The position numbers and the translations under genes were made by a program. From Bacillota bacterium (GTDB taxonomy: Bacteria > Bacillota > Dehalobacteriia > UBA4068): a DNA stretch of 64,000 nucleotides. The first letter of the stretch is position 1; each line of letters starts with the position of its first letter. Below are positions 56,232 to 64,000 of this stretch, piece after piece. The stretch covers positions 271,642 to 335,641 of the forward strand of contig JAVBKT010000002.1 of assembly GCA_031553915.1 (NCBI GenBank). The letters run 5' to 3'. The notes below the pieces were generated by a model, which saw only the letters and a program-made list of their open reading frames with translations, did no database searches and was not told the origin of the DNA.

Positions 56232-59015
56232 TCACAGCCATTTTTTTATTTGCTCGGCGATACTATCAGTGTCGCCGTGTATTCTTTTTAAGTCAGGCAA
56301 TACCTTGATAAAGCTGCTGCCATAACGCTTTTCAATAATGCGCTTATCCAGCACGCAAAAGACGCCGCTATCCTTATCAGAACGAATCAGCCTGCCAAAG
56401 CCTTGCTTAAAGCGGATCAGCGCCATCGGCATACTATAATCCCAAAAGGCGGATTTGCCATCAGCTTCAATACGCTCCATCCTCGTGGTGGCCAATGGAG
56501 TATTGGGCGGCCAAAAAGGCAGGCGTACCACGATGACAGCCGAGAGAGCCTCGCCAATCACATCGACACCCTCCCAGAAGCTTGCCGCACCCAGGATGCA
56601 GCAGTTATCTTCTTTTTTCAACCGCTCCAGCAGCATCGAGGGCGCGCCGCTCACCCCATGCGCCAGCACAGTAATGCCTTCCTGCTTCAAGGGTCCGCTA
56701 ATTTCCCGGTAGATATTTTTCAGCTGCAAATGCGAAGTAAATAGCACAATCGCCCGGCCCCGGGTCACAGATAAAAGCTTGATCAGGGCCGCAGAAATGG
56801 CTGCGGTAGCTTCAATTTCGCTGCATTTGCTCCAATCCGGCAAATCATCAACAATGGTAAACAGGGCCTGATCGCGATAAAAAAACGGTGAAGATAAAGT
56901 GAGCTCTCGCGGCGGATCAGGCAGCAGGGAAAGACCGGTTCTGTCCTTGAAATAAGAAAAATCTTTGCCCAGCGAAAGCGTTGCCGAGGTCATGACAATG
57001 GCCTCAGTCTTTTCATAAAGCAGTTGTTGGAGAATTTCATCAATTTCTATCGGCGCAATGCTGACTGATGGTTTAGCCTCTTTGTCGCCGTATTCCACCC
57101 AGGCAACATAATTGCTGTTTTCCTCGCTGATACAGGCGCGGATGGTATCGGCCAGCTCGCGGGCCATAGTGCCCAGGCTGTACAGCTCATCAAAGCCGCG
57201 CGGCAGAGTATTATCTTCTTCTTCCATTTTACTCGCCTTGATGGTGTCCAGGATTTGCAGGCTATTGCCGGCCAGCATTTTCAGCGCAGCTGAGAGCTCG
57301 TCAGTCATTTGCTCCAACAGCTGCCAGGCATAATCATTGCGGTGCGCCGGCATCACCCTGACTTTGGTCGGGAAAAAGATCGCCTGCATTTTTTCCGCGG
57401 CAAAAATACTGTCCAGCACCTGATAGAATTTTTCCGCGCAAACCAGCGTATCTTCAACATTAGCCGCCAGCTTTTCTACTAAAACCTGCACCTGCTCATA
57501 ATCAAAATTATCATATAAACCTTCCCTCAGCTTGGCCATAGTGGCGATCACACCGGTTTCCCTGCCCTTTTCTTTTCTGCTATAACGGCCAAGCATGTTC
57601 AAAATATCAAAAAAGGATACGGCCGTAGTCAGCTGGTCTTCGGTGGCATTTTCCAGATGCTGCGCCTCGTCAATAATCAAATAGGGCAGCTCCGGCAGAA
57701 ACCCGGCATTATTGGCAGCATTGGCAATCAGCAAAGAGTGATTGAGTATCAGCACATCCGCCTCTGCCGCTTTAAAGCGCGCTTTTTGCACATAGCAGCT
57801 GTTCTTTTGCCGAAAAGGGCAAAAGGGCGCGCAATTTTCTTTTGCGCCGCACAGTCGCTGCCATTTGCGCCGGGTATAAGAATTAAGCGGCAGCTCTCCC
57901 TGCTCGGCATTATTGTCTAAGCCCTTCCACACGGCAATCTGCATCAAAAAATAGCGTATATCATCCGATGGCTCTTGGCAAAAATATTTATATAGCCGCT
58001 TGCATAAATAATTACTGCGTCCTTTGAGCACGGCCGCCTTCACCGGCATATCCAGCAGACGCGAGAGCATAACCACATCTTTATTCAGCAGCTGCTCCTG
58101 CAAATTGCGGGTATAGGTGGCAATAGCTACCTGCCTGCCGCTGCCCTTGGCAAACAGCACAGCCGGCAAAAGATAGGCCAGCGACTTTCCAGTGCCAGTG
58201 CCAGCCTCAGCCAGCAAAAAGCTATTATTATTGAAGGCTTTGGCTACCTCTTGCGAGAAGAGCAGCTGCTGCGGCCGCTCCTCAAAATCAGCATAGCGCT
58301 CCTTATAGATCGCTTTTTCACCTAAGTATTTCCCCAGCTCCGCAATGTCCAGCACATAATTTTCATCAATTGTCCGCTTGGCTGCGGGAGGAGCCTTTGG
58401 CAAGGAAGGTGTGCTTATCTCTCCGCCTTTACGCTTGTTGCAGCGGCTGCGGATAAAATCCGCCAAAGGACTATGATCGCTCTCTGCCAAATGCAGCAAA
58501 TCCTCCTGCAAATAGTCAGGGAAAGCAGCTATATCCTTGCTGATACGCAAAAACAGCTCTGCCGTTGCCAAAGCGTCGGCCAAAGCGCGGTGAGCATTGG
58601 TATTTTCTATCCCCAGGGCATTGGTCAGCCAGGCCAAAGAATGGGACGGCTGCAAAGGGTAAGCAATCTGCGACAAGGTGACAGTGTCAATCCATGCTCT
58701 GCTATCCGGCCAATAGCGCTGCAAAAAAGTACGGTCAAAATCCGCATTGTGGGCGATCAAGGTGGCGTCGCCGATAAACTCACTGAGGCTGGGAATAATA
58801 TCCTCTATGCGCGGCTGCCCCACCAGCATATCATCACTGATGCCGGTCAAGGCGGAGATCTCCGGGGTTAGCGGGCAATCAATCTCAATCAAGCTGGCAA
58901 ATTCATCGACAATCAAATTGCGCTTGATTTTCACTGCCGCTACTTCGATAATCTTATCCTTATCCGTATCTAAACCTGTTGTTTCCAGGTCAATTACTAC
59001 AAAAGTTTCCGCCAT
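56232..59015 (-). CDS. dinG: DinG family helicase with N-terminal 3'-5' exonuclease
   Basis: DLETTG...HNADFD...HRALADA exonuclease; GTGTGKS; DEAQH; QGFGRLIR. Confidence 0.95.
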   Translation of the reverse strand: MAETFVVIDLETTGLDTDKDKIIEVAAVKIKRNLIVDEFASLIEIDCPLTPEISALTGISDDMLVGQPRIEDIIPSLSEFIGDATLIAHNADFDRTFLQRYWPDSRAWIDTVTLSQIAYPLQPSHSLAWLTNALGIENTNAHRALADALATAELFLRISKDIAAFPDYLQEDLLHLAESDHSPLADFIRSRCNKRKGGEISTPSLPKAPPAAKRTIDENYVLDIAELGKYLGEKAIYKERYADFEERPQQLLFSQEVAKAFNNNSFLLAEAGTGTGKSLAYLLPAVLFAKGSGRQVAIATYTRNLQEQLLNKDVVMLSRLLDMPVKAAVLKGRSNYLCKRLYKYFCQEPSDDIRYFLMQIAVWKGLDNNAEQGELPLNSYTRRKWQRLCGAKENCAPFCPFRQKNSCYVQKARFKAAEADVLILNHSLLIANAANNAGFLPELPYLIIDEAQHLENATEDQLTTAVSFFDILNMLGRYSRKEKGRETGVIATMAKLREGLYDNFDYEQVQVLVEKLAANVEDTLVCAEKFYQVLDSIFAAEKMQAIFFPTKVRVMPAHRNDYAWQLLEQMTDELSAALKMLAGNSLQILDTIKASKMEEEDNTLPRGFDELYSLGTMARELADTIRACISEENSNYVAWVEYGDKEAKPSVSIAPIEIDEILQQLLYEKTEAIVMTSATLSLGKDFSYFKDRTGLSLLPDPPRELTLSSPFFYRDQALFTIVDDLPDWSKCSEIEATAAISAALIKLLSVTRGRAIVLFTSHLQLKNIYREISGPLKQEGITVLAHGVSGAPSMLLERLKKEDNCCILGAASFWEGVDVIGEALSAVIVVRLPFWPPNTPLATTRMERIEADGKSAFWDYSMPMALIRFKQGFGRLIRSDKDSGVFCVLDKRIIEKRYGSSFIKVLPDLKRIHGDTDSIAEQIKKWL

Positions 59016-59086
59016 TTTTCATCCTTCAAATTAATTGTTTTGGGAGATTATTTTATTGTATCTTGATTTAGGTTGCTTGTAAAGCA

Positions 59087-59118
59087 ATAAAAAACGGAGC
59101 CGAAGCCCCGTTTTTTAT
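59087..59118 (-). terminator. Terminator of the decarboxylase operon
   Basis: ATAAAAAACGG/CCGTTTTTTAT hairpin. Confidence 0.75.
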
Positions 59119-59128
59119 TATAGTTTGT

Positions 59129-60316
59129 TTATCCGAATAGTGTCATGAGGATGCCTGCTGCCACCGCCGTACCAATAACACCGGCGACATTTGGCCCCAT
59201 GGCATGCATCAGCAGCCAATTGTCCGGATCCTCTTTCTGGCCCATCTTATGCACCACCCTGGCTGCCATCGGCACTGCGGAAACACCGGCCGCACCGATA
59301 AGCGGGTTGATTTTGTTCTTCAGAAACAGGTTCATGATCTTGGCCACCATCACGCCGCCTGCCGCGCAGAAAGCAAAGGCTAAAACGCCCAAGACCAGGA
59401 TTGCCAAGGTTTGGCTGGTGAGGAAGACCTCGCCATTGGCAGTAGCGCCGACGGAGATGCCCAGTAGAATAGTGACAATATTAATCATCGCGTTTTGCGC
59501 AGTTTCGGACAAGCGGTCAACAACGCCGCATTCGCGGAAGAGGTTGCCCAACATCAGCATCCCAATAAGCGGAGTAGCTACCGGCACAAACAGGGCAACA
59601 ACCACTGTGGTTATGATCGGGAAAATAATTTTGGTCCGTTTGCTAACCGGCTTCAGCTGCACCATGCGGATCTGCCGCTCTTTTTTGGTGGTGAGCAGCT
59701 TGGCCACTGGCGGAATAATCACCGGCACTAAAGCCATATACGAGTATGCGGCAACCGCAATCGGCCCCAATAAATGCGGCGCCAGCTTAGTGGCAAGATA
59801 AATAGCTGTCGGCCCGTCCGCACCGCCGATAATGCCAATAGAGGCTGCCTCCTGAAAGGTGAAATAGATACCGGGAACCAGATCCCTGAGCAACAATGCG
59901 CCCCAGAAGGTAAGATATACACCCAGCTGGGCAGCTGCGCCAAGCAGCAGGGTCTTTGGGTTGGCAATCAGCGGGCCAAAATCTGTCATTGCGCCGATGC
60001 CCAGGAAAATCAAAGGCGGGAAAATACCCAGATGGTCGCCTTGATAAATATATTGCAGCAAGCCGCCTACTGCTTCCAATACTGGTTTGCCGGAAGCAGA
60101 CAGCGCATAAATAGGGTCTTCCATCACACCGCCCAAAGGAATATTGGCCAGCAGCATCCCAAAAGCGATTGGCAGCAAAACCAATGGCTCAAAGCCTTTT
60201 TTGATTGCCAGATAGAAAAGGAGAAATGATACCCCCATCATCACCAGTTGTTTCCAGGTGAAGGCGGCAAAGCCCGTGTCAGAGAAAAACTCTATTAATG
60301 AGTTTACTATTTCCAT
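59129..60316 (-). CDS. mmdB: Na+-translocating decarboxylase beta subunit
   Basis: GIIGGADGPT, GVSAVPMAAR, HAMGPN. Confidence 0.93.
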   Translation of the reverse strand: MEIVNSLIEFFSDTGFAAFTWKQLVMMGVSFLLFYLAIKKGFEPLVLLPIAFGMLLANIPLGGVMEDPIYALSASGKPVLEAVGGLLQYIYQGDHLGIFPPLIFLGIGAMTDFGPLIANPKTLLLGAAAQLGVYLTFWGALLLRDLVPGIYFTFQEAASIGIIGGADGPTAIYLATKLAPHLLGPIAVAAYSYMALVPVIIPPVAKLLTTKKERQIRMVQLKPVSKRTKIIFPIITTVVVALFVPVATPLIGMLMLGNLFRECGVVDRLSETAQNAMINIVTILLGISVGATANGEVFLTSQTLAILVLGVLAFAFCAAGGVMVAKIMNLFLKNKINPLIGAAGVSAVPMAARVVHKMGQKEDPDNWLLMHAMGPNVAGVIGTAVAAGILMTLFG

Positions 60317-60353
60317 AATATACAAAACTCCCTACTTTTTTCTTTTGCGCTTC

Positions 60354-60740
60354 TTACATAGAAATTAGTAGATCACCAGTGTTGACAGCATCATTGAGAT
60401 TAACGTGAATGCCTTTAATCGTGCCGTCTTGAGGCGCGGAAATATCATTTTCCATTTTCATCGCTTCCAGAATCATCAGCACATCGCCCTTTTTGACTGC
60501 CTGACCCACGCTGATATTAATCTTCCAAACATTGCCCGGCAAGGGGCTGTCAATTCTGACGTCACCGGCAGCTACTGCTGCGGCAGCGGCAATCGGTGCT
60601 GCTGGCGTAGCTGCTGCAACCGCAGCGGGCGCAGCTGCGACAACAGCTGGTGCAGGTGCAGCAACAGCGGCAGCGCCGCCAATTTCTTCCACCTCTACAC
60701 TATAGCTTATACCATTAACTGCTACGTTAAATTTTCTCAT
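60354..60740 (-). CDS. mmdC: Biotin carrier (gamma) subunit of the decarboxylase
   Basis: Ala/Pro linker; EAMKM biotinylation motif. Confidence 0.9.
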   Translation of the reverse strand: MRKFNVAVNGISYSVEVEEIGGAAAVAAPAPAVVAAAPAAVAAATPAAPIAAAAAVAAGDVRIDSPLPGNVWKINISVGQAVKKGDVLMILEAMKMENDISAPQDGTIKGIHVNLNDAVNTGDLLISM

Positions 60741-60761
60741 TTGTTCTATCCTCCCACATCT

Positions 60762-61166
60762 TTACAAGTTTTGTTGTCTACTATGAATGATGTCAGCAGT
60801 ACCACTGCTCTGCCAAGCATTATTGTTGCGGCGAATAGCAGTAAACCGCAATTGTTGGGCTGGTTTGCCGCAATACACCTCCACCGCTGCCACAATAGCA
60901 GCCACAGTTTGCGTATCCAAATCTGCTGTGGCGTCCACAGCGGCTGCTTTGGACTTCTTGGTTTTTTTCTCTTTTGGCTCTTTTTTGCTCTGAGCAGTGT
61001 CCAGAGCGGAAATACCCTTAAAAAGAACATACAAGGCAATCAGGACGAGAAAAACAACGCCCATACCAATCACTGTGGTGCTAATGCCTGTTTCCAGGGT
61101 TAGATCGGTGATATACCCGGGGGTCTCATCAATGGTTGCCAATACGACATATAAATTGTTCACCAT
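60762..61166 (-). CDS. mmdD: OadG-family (delta) subunit
   Basis: GMGVVFLVL TM; VAAIVAAV; C-terminal W..SG. Confidence 0.85.
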   Translation of the reverse strand: MVNNLYVVLATIDETPGYITDLTLETGISTTVIGMGVVFLVLIALYVLFKGISALDTAQSKKEPKEKKTKKSKAAAVDATADLDTQTVAAIVAAVEVYCGKPAQQLRFTAIRRNNNAWQSSGTADIIHSRQQNL

Positions 61167-61181
61167 TTTACCTCCTTTTTC

Positions 61182-62726
61182 TTAGCAAGGGAAATTGCCA
61201 TGCTTTTTGCCGGGGCGTGTTTCTTTCTTGCTGAGCAAGGCGTCAATGGCTTTGATCACATAGAAACGGCTGACTTCCGGTTCGATCACCGTATCAACCA
61301 GGCCGCGGCTGGCAGCATGATAGGGATCAGCATAGCTGTCCTCATACTCAGCTGTTTTGATGCCCCGCATGGCATGTGGATCAGCAGCTTGATCAATCTC
61401 TTCGCGGAAAAGGATATTGGCTGCGCCCAGGGGGTCCATGACGGCAATCTGCGCTGTGGGCCAGGCTATCACCATATCCGCGCCCAGAGCCTTGCTGCAC
61501 ATGGCCAAATAAGCGCCCCCGTAAGCCTTGCGGGTGATCACCACCACCTTGGGCACAGATGCTTCCGCATAGGCATAAACGAGCTTGGAGGCATGGCGGA
61601 TAATACCGTTATCGTTTTCAGCAATAGTGGGAACATATCCGGGAGTATCGACAAAGGTTAACAGCGGAATGCCCATCGAATCACAAAAACGCACAAAGGA
61701 ACTGGCTTTGTCGCTGCTGTTAATATCCAGGCAGCCGGAGGCGGAATTGGGCTGATTGGCAACAACGCCAATACTGACGCCATTCATCCTGATCAACCCT
61801 GTTATGATATTGGTAGCAAAATAAGCTTGTACCTCGAAAAAGTCTTGATTATCAGCAATATTGCGGATAATATCATGCATATCATAAGGCTGGTTAGCAT
61901 CTTCCGGCAATAAATCTGCCAGGGCCGCAGTACGTTCAGCAGGATCGCTGCATTTATACATGGGAGAACCCTCGAGATTATTAGCCGGCAAAAAGGAGAG
62001 CAAGCGTTTGATCTGCGACAGGCAATCAGCCTCGTCCACCGCATAAAAGTGAGCGGAGCCGCTTTTGGCATTATGCGTCATCGCGCCTGCCAAGTCCTCA
62101 GCGCTAATATTAGTGTTGGCCACAGCGCTCACTACTCCGGGCGCAAGCAGGCCCATCTCCGCACCGTTCACCATAAAGGTAAAATCGCTGAGGGCCGTAG
62201 TGATGGCTGCCCCGCCATAGCAGGGGCCCATAATAGCGGTAATCTGCGGTATCACCCCGGAAGCTAAAACACTGCGGCGGTAAATTTCCGCATAGCCGTT
62301 TAAGGCGTCAATGCCCTCTTGGATACGCGCTCCGGCGCTATCGCTGATGCCGATAAGGGGAACTCCGGCTGATAGGGCCATATCCATCACCTTACAAATT
62401 TTCGCGGCATGCATCTCTCCCACAGAGCCGCCAAAAACAGTAAAATCCTGAGAATAAACATAGACCAGTCTGCCATCCACATTACCATAGCCTGTTACGA
62501 CACCTTCTCCGGGTATTGCAATATCCCGCATGTCAAAAGCTACACTTCTGTGAGTAACGAACTGATCCAGTTCCATAAAGCTGCCAGCATCGAGCAAAGC
62601 GTCAATTCTTTCTCTGGCAGTCATTTTCCCAGCGCTATGCTGTTTAGTAATTTTCTCTTCACCGCCGGCTGCGAGAACTTGTTCCCTTTTAGCAGCAAGT
62701 TTTTCCAGCTTGGCTTCTTTTGACAT
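61182..62726 (-). CDS. mmdA: Methylmalonyl-CoA decarboxylase alpha (carboxyltransferase) subunit
   Basis: GKMTARERI, GARIQEG, RKAYGGAY, KKHGNFP; AGGAGG SD before ATG 62726. Confidence 0.88.
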   Translation of the reverse strand: MSKEAKLEKLAAKREQVLAAGGEEKITKQHSAGKMTARERIDALLDAGSFMELDQFVTHRSVAFDMRDIAIPGEGVVTGYGNVDGRLVYVYSQDFTVFGGSVGEMHAAKICKVMDMALSAGVPLIGISDSAGARIQEGIDALNGYAEIYRRSVLASGVIPQITAIMGPCYGGAAITTALSDFTFMVNGAEMGLLAPGVVSAVANTNISAEDLAGAMTHNAKSGSAHFYAVDEADCLSQIKRLLSFLPANNLEGSPMYKCSDPAERTAALADLLPEDANQPYDMHDIIRNIADNQDFFEVQAYFATNIITGLIRMNGVSIGVVANQPNSASGCLDINSSDKASSFVRFCDSMGIPLLTFVDTPGYVPTIAENDNGIIRHASKLVYAYAEASVPKVVVITRKAYGGAYLAMCSKALGADMVIAWPTAQIAVMDPLGAANILFREEIDQAADPHAMRGIKTAEYEDSYADPYHAASRGLVDTVIEPEVSRFYVIKAIDALLSKKETRPGKKHGNFPC

Positions 62727-62923
62727 CTCTTTACCTCCTAAAATATCTAAAAGAATACGAACAAATCGCAAAACACAGCACACCAATAATTAAGACAAGA
62801 TGCTTTTAGACAAAAAAAATAATCGTAAAAAATCTATTACTATATTACTGCATTAATATAATATTTAGGATAACATAAATAGTAGTGTATCGCAATGATA
62901 ATTTTTTTAAAAATGAAATTTTA

Positions 62924-63070
62924 TTAAAAATTTTTGATACTATAAACAAAGCATAGTGAGCTGAGGAACAAGCAAATCAAGACGGCTGACATCAAAACGA
63001 TGCAGACCGATAAGAGCTGCGCCAAAAGGCCAACTGTGACAACAACAAAGTAAGCAAATTTTATCAACAC
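62924..63070 (-). CDS. Possible 48-aa hydrophobic peptide
   Basis: GTG start; MLIKFAYFVVVTVGLLAQLLSVCIVLMSAVLICLFLSSLCFVYSIKNF; no clear SD. Confidence 0.25.
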   Translation of the reverse strand: MLIKFAYFVVVTVGLLAQLLSVCIVLMSAVLICLFLSSLCFVYSIKNF

Positions 63071-63073
63071 TCT

Positions 63074-63436
63074 TAGCCATTTGGGATGCGAACCCCATGC
63101 GGTTTTGGCGGAAAAACGCTGGCATCTCCCGATAAAAACATTGTTTCCCGTAGATATACTACGAAAAGCAATGTTTTCACCAGGATTTGTTTAGTTAAAA
63201 CCAAGATGTTTCATCTTGGTTTTAACTAAATGCATAGCTGAGATTTTGCCATAGGCAAAAGCCAGCTAGGTCTCACTGTTTTCCAGTCAAAACTGCTAAC
63301 ACCCCGACGGAGGGAGGGTCGGGCTGGGCCAGGCAGAGTGACGAAGGCAGGCTGGACGCCTGCCTAGGAGCGATAACAAAGCGCCAGCTCGACCAAACGC
63401 CGTCCGGGGCGCATGAGTTTGCATCCCTAATGGCTA
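63074..63436. other. 363-nt multi-hairpin element (structured ncRNA or MITE-like)
   Basis: 28/27-nt terminal inverted repeat enclosing at least four long hairpins, including a perfect 19-bp one. Confidence 0.7.
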
Positions 63437-63547
63437 GCCGCTGAGGGCAAAATTATCAAGCTGCCTGCTTACCGCAGAAAACCAGGTAAAATGCAGCTAT
63501 CACAAACTGTTAATCTTGGTTACACATATTTATCAGGGTTGCGCTTG

Positions 63548-63576
63548 GCAGGAATTAATTTGCCAATATGGAAATA
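63548..63576 (+). promoter_or_regulatory. SigH-like promoter of hpf
   Basis: GCAGGAATT-N11-ATGGAAATA; one mismatch to the SigH -10 GAAT; hpf/yvyD is SigH-controlled in B. subtilis. Confidence 0.35.
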
Positions 63577-63618
63577 ATATATTAGGTAAGCACACTACTA
63601 TGAAGCGAGGTGGAAATC

Positions 63619-64000
63619 ATGGAGTTTACGTATAAAGCACGAAACCTTGAAATCACAGACGCCATGAAGGAATATTGTGAAAAAAGGCTGCAAAAGCTGG
63701 ACAAACTAATTGGCGTGGAGCGCGCCAGCATATCCATGAGCGCAATCAAAGACCGGCATCGCATTGAAGTAACAATTCCTTATCACGGCGTCACCATCCG
63801 CGGCGAAGTGGAAGGCTATGATATGTATACCTGCATCGACTATGTCAGTGAAAAACTAGAATCCCAGATTCATAAATATCGGCAGCGCCTGATCAAACGG
63901 GGGCGTAACACCGGCAAGGAGCTGGGCGGCTATCGCGAGGAGATGGCAGCAGCCTGGTTTGAGGACGACGAGCCGGTAAAAACCAAAACCTTTACCACCA
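63619..64000 (+). CDS. hpf: Ribosome hibernation factor HPF/RaiA (long form), truncated by the window end
   Basis: GAGGTG SD; MEFTYKARNLEITDAMKEYCEKRLQKLDK...DMYTCID..SEKLESQIHKYR. Confidence 0.93.
   Translation, partial: MEFTYKARNLEITDAMKEYCEKRLQKLDKLIGVERASISMSAIKDRHRIEVTIPYHGVTIRGEVEGYDMYTCIDYVSEKLESQIHKYRQRLIKRGRNTGKELGGYREEMAAAWFEDDEPVKTKTFTT

Noticed and set aside
62940-63125. 61-aa ORF from the track (MPAFFRQ...CCC...)
   Set aside because: The SD-like GGGAG abuts the ATG with no spacing, the ORF runs through the structured element's stem, and no motif is recognisable.
63545-63566. TTGGCA-N10-TGCCAA palindrome as a sigma-54 promoter for hpf
   Set aside because: Wrong GG/GC spacing; the same bases fit a SigH-like promoter better.
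63582-63764. 60-aa minus-strand ORF
   Set aside because: Antisense shadow of hpf, which the ORF track missed because it is truncated by the window end.

Overview
A mostly housekeeping chromosomal segment from a spore-forming Firmicute (Clostridia-like: sigK, spoVB, remA, ispH-rpsA fusion, Na+-pumping decarboxylase), with most genes on the minus strand. It holds about 65 CDS and five tRNAs (Ala-CGC alone; a Val-Asp-Phe-Gly cluster). I found no CRISPR array, prophage or transposase. The most interesting items are non-coding or unannotated. (1) A 363-nt multi-hairpin element closed by a ~28-bp inverted repeat lies between mmdA and hpf/raiA, with a 48-aa hydrophobic ORF at its foot. (2) An ECF sigma/anti-sigma module has three identically spaced TGTAACA-N16-GTA promoters, one of which would drive a ~200-nt terminator-bounded RNA with alternative folds and an anti-SD motif. 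(3) A NiCo (czcD) metal riboswitch with an overlapping terminator precedes a P-type ATPase. (4) An actinobacterial-type IHF (mIHF) gene sits inside the Firmicute yloC-remA-gmk-rpoZ cluster. (5) Two distant orphan surface proteins share an unnamed C-terminal domain. All family assignments were made by eye from motifs; no database search or folding program was run.
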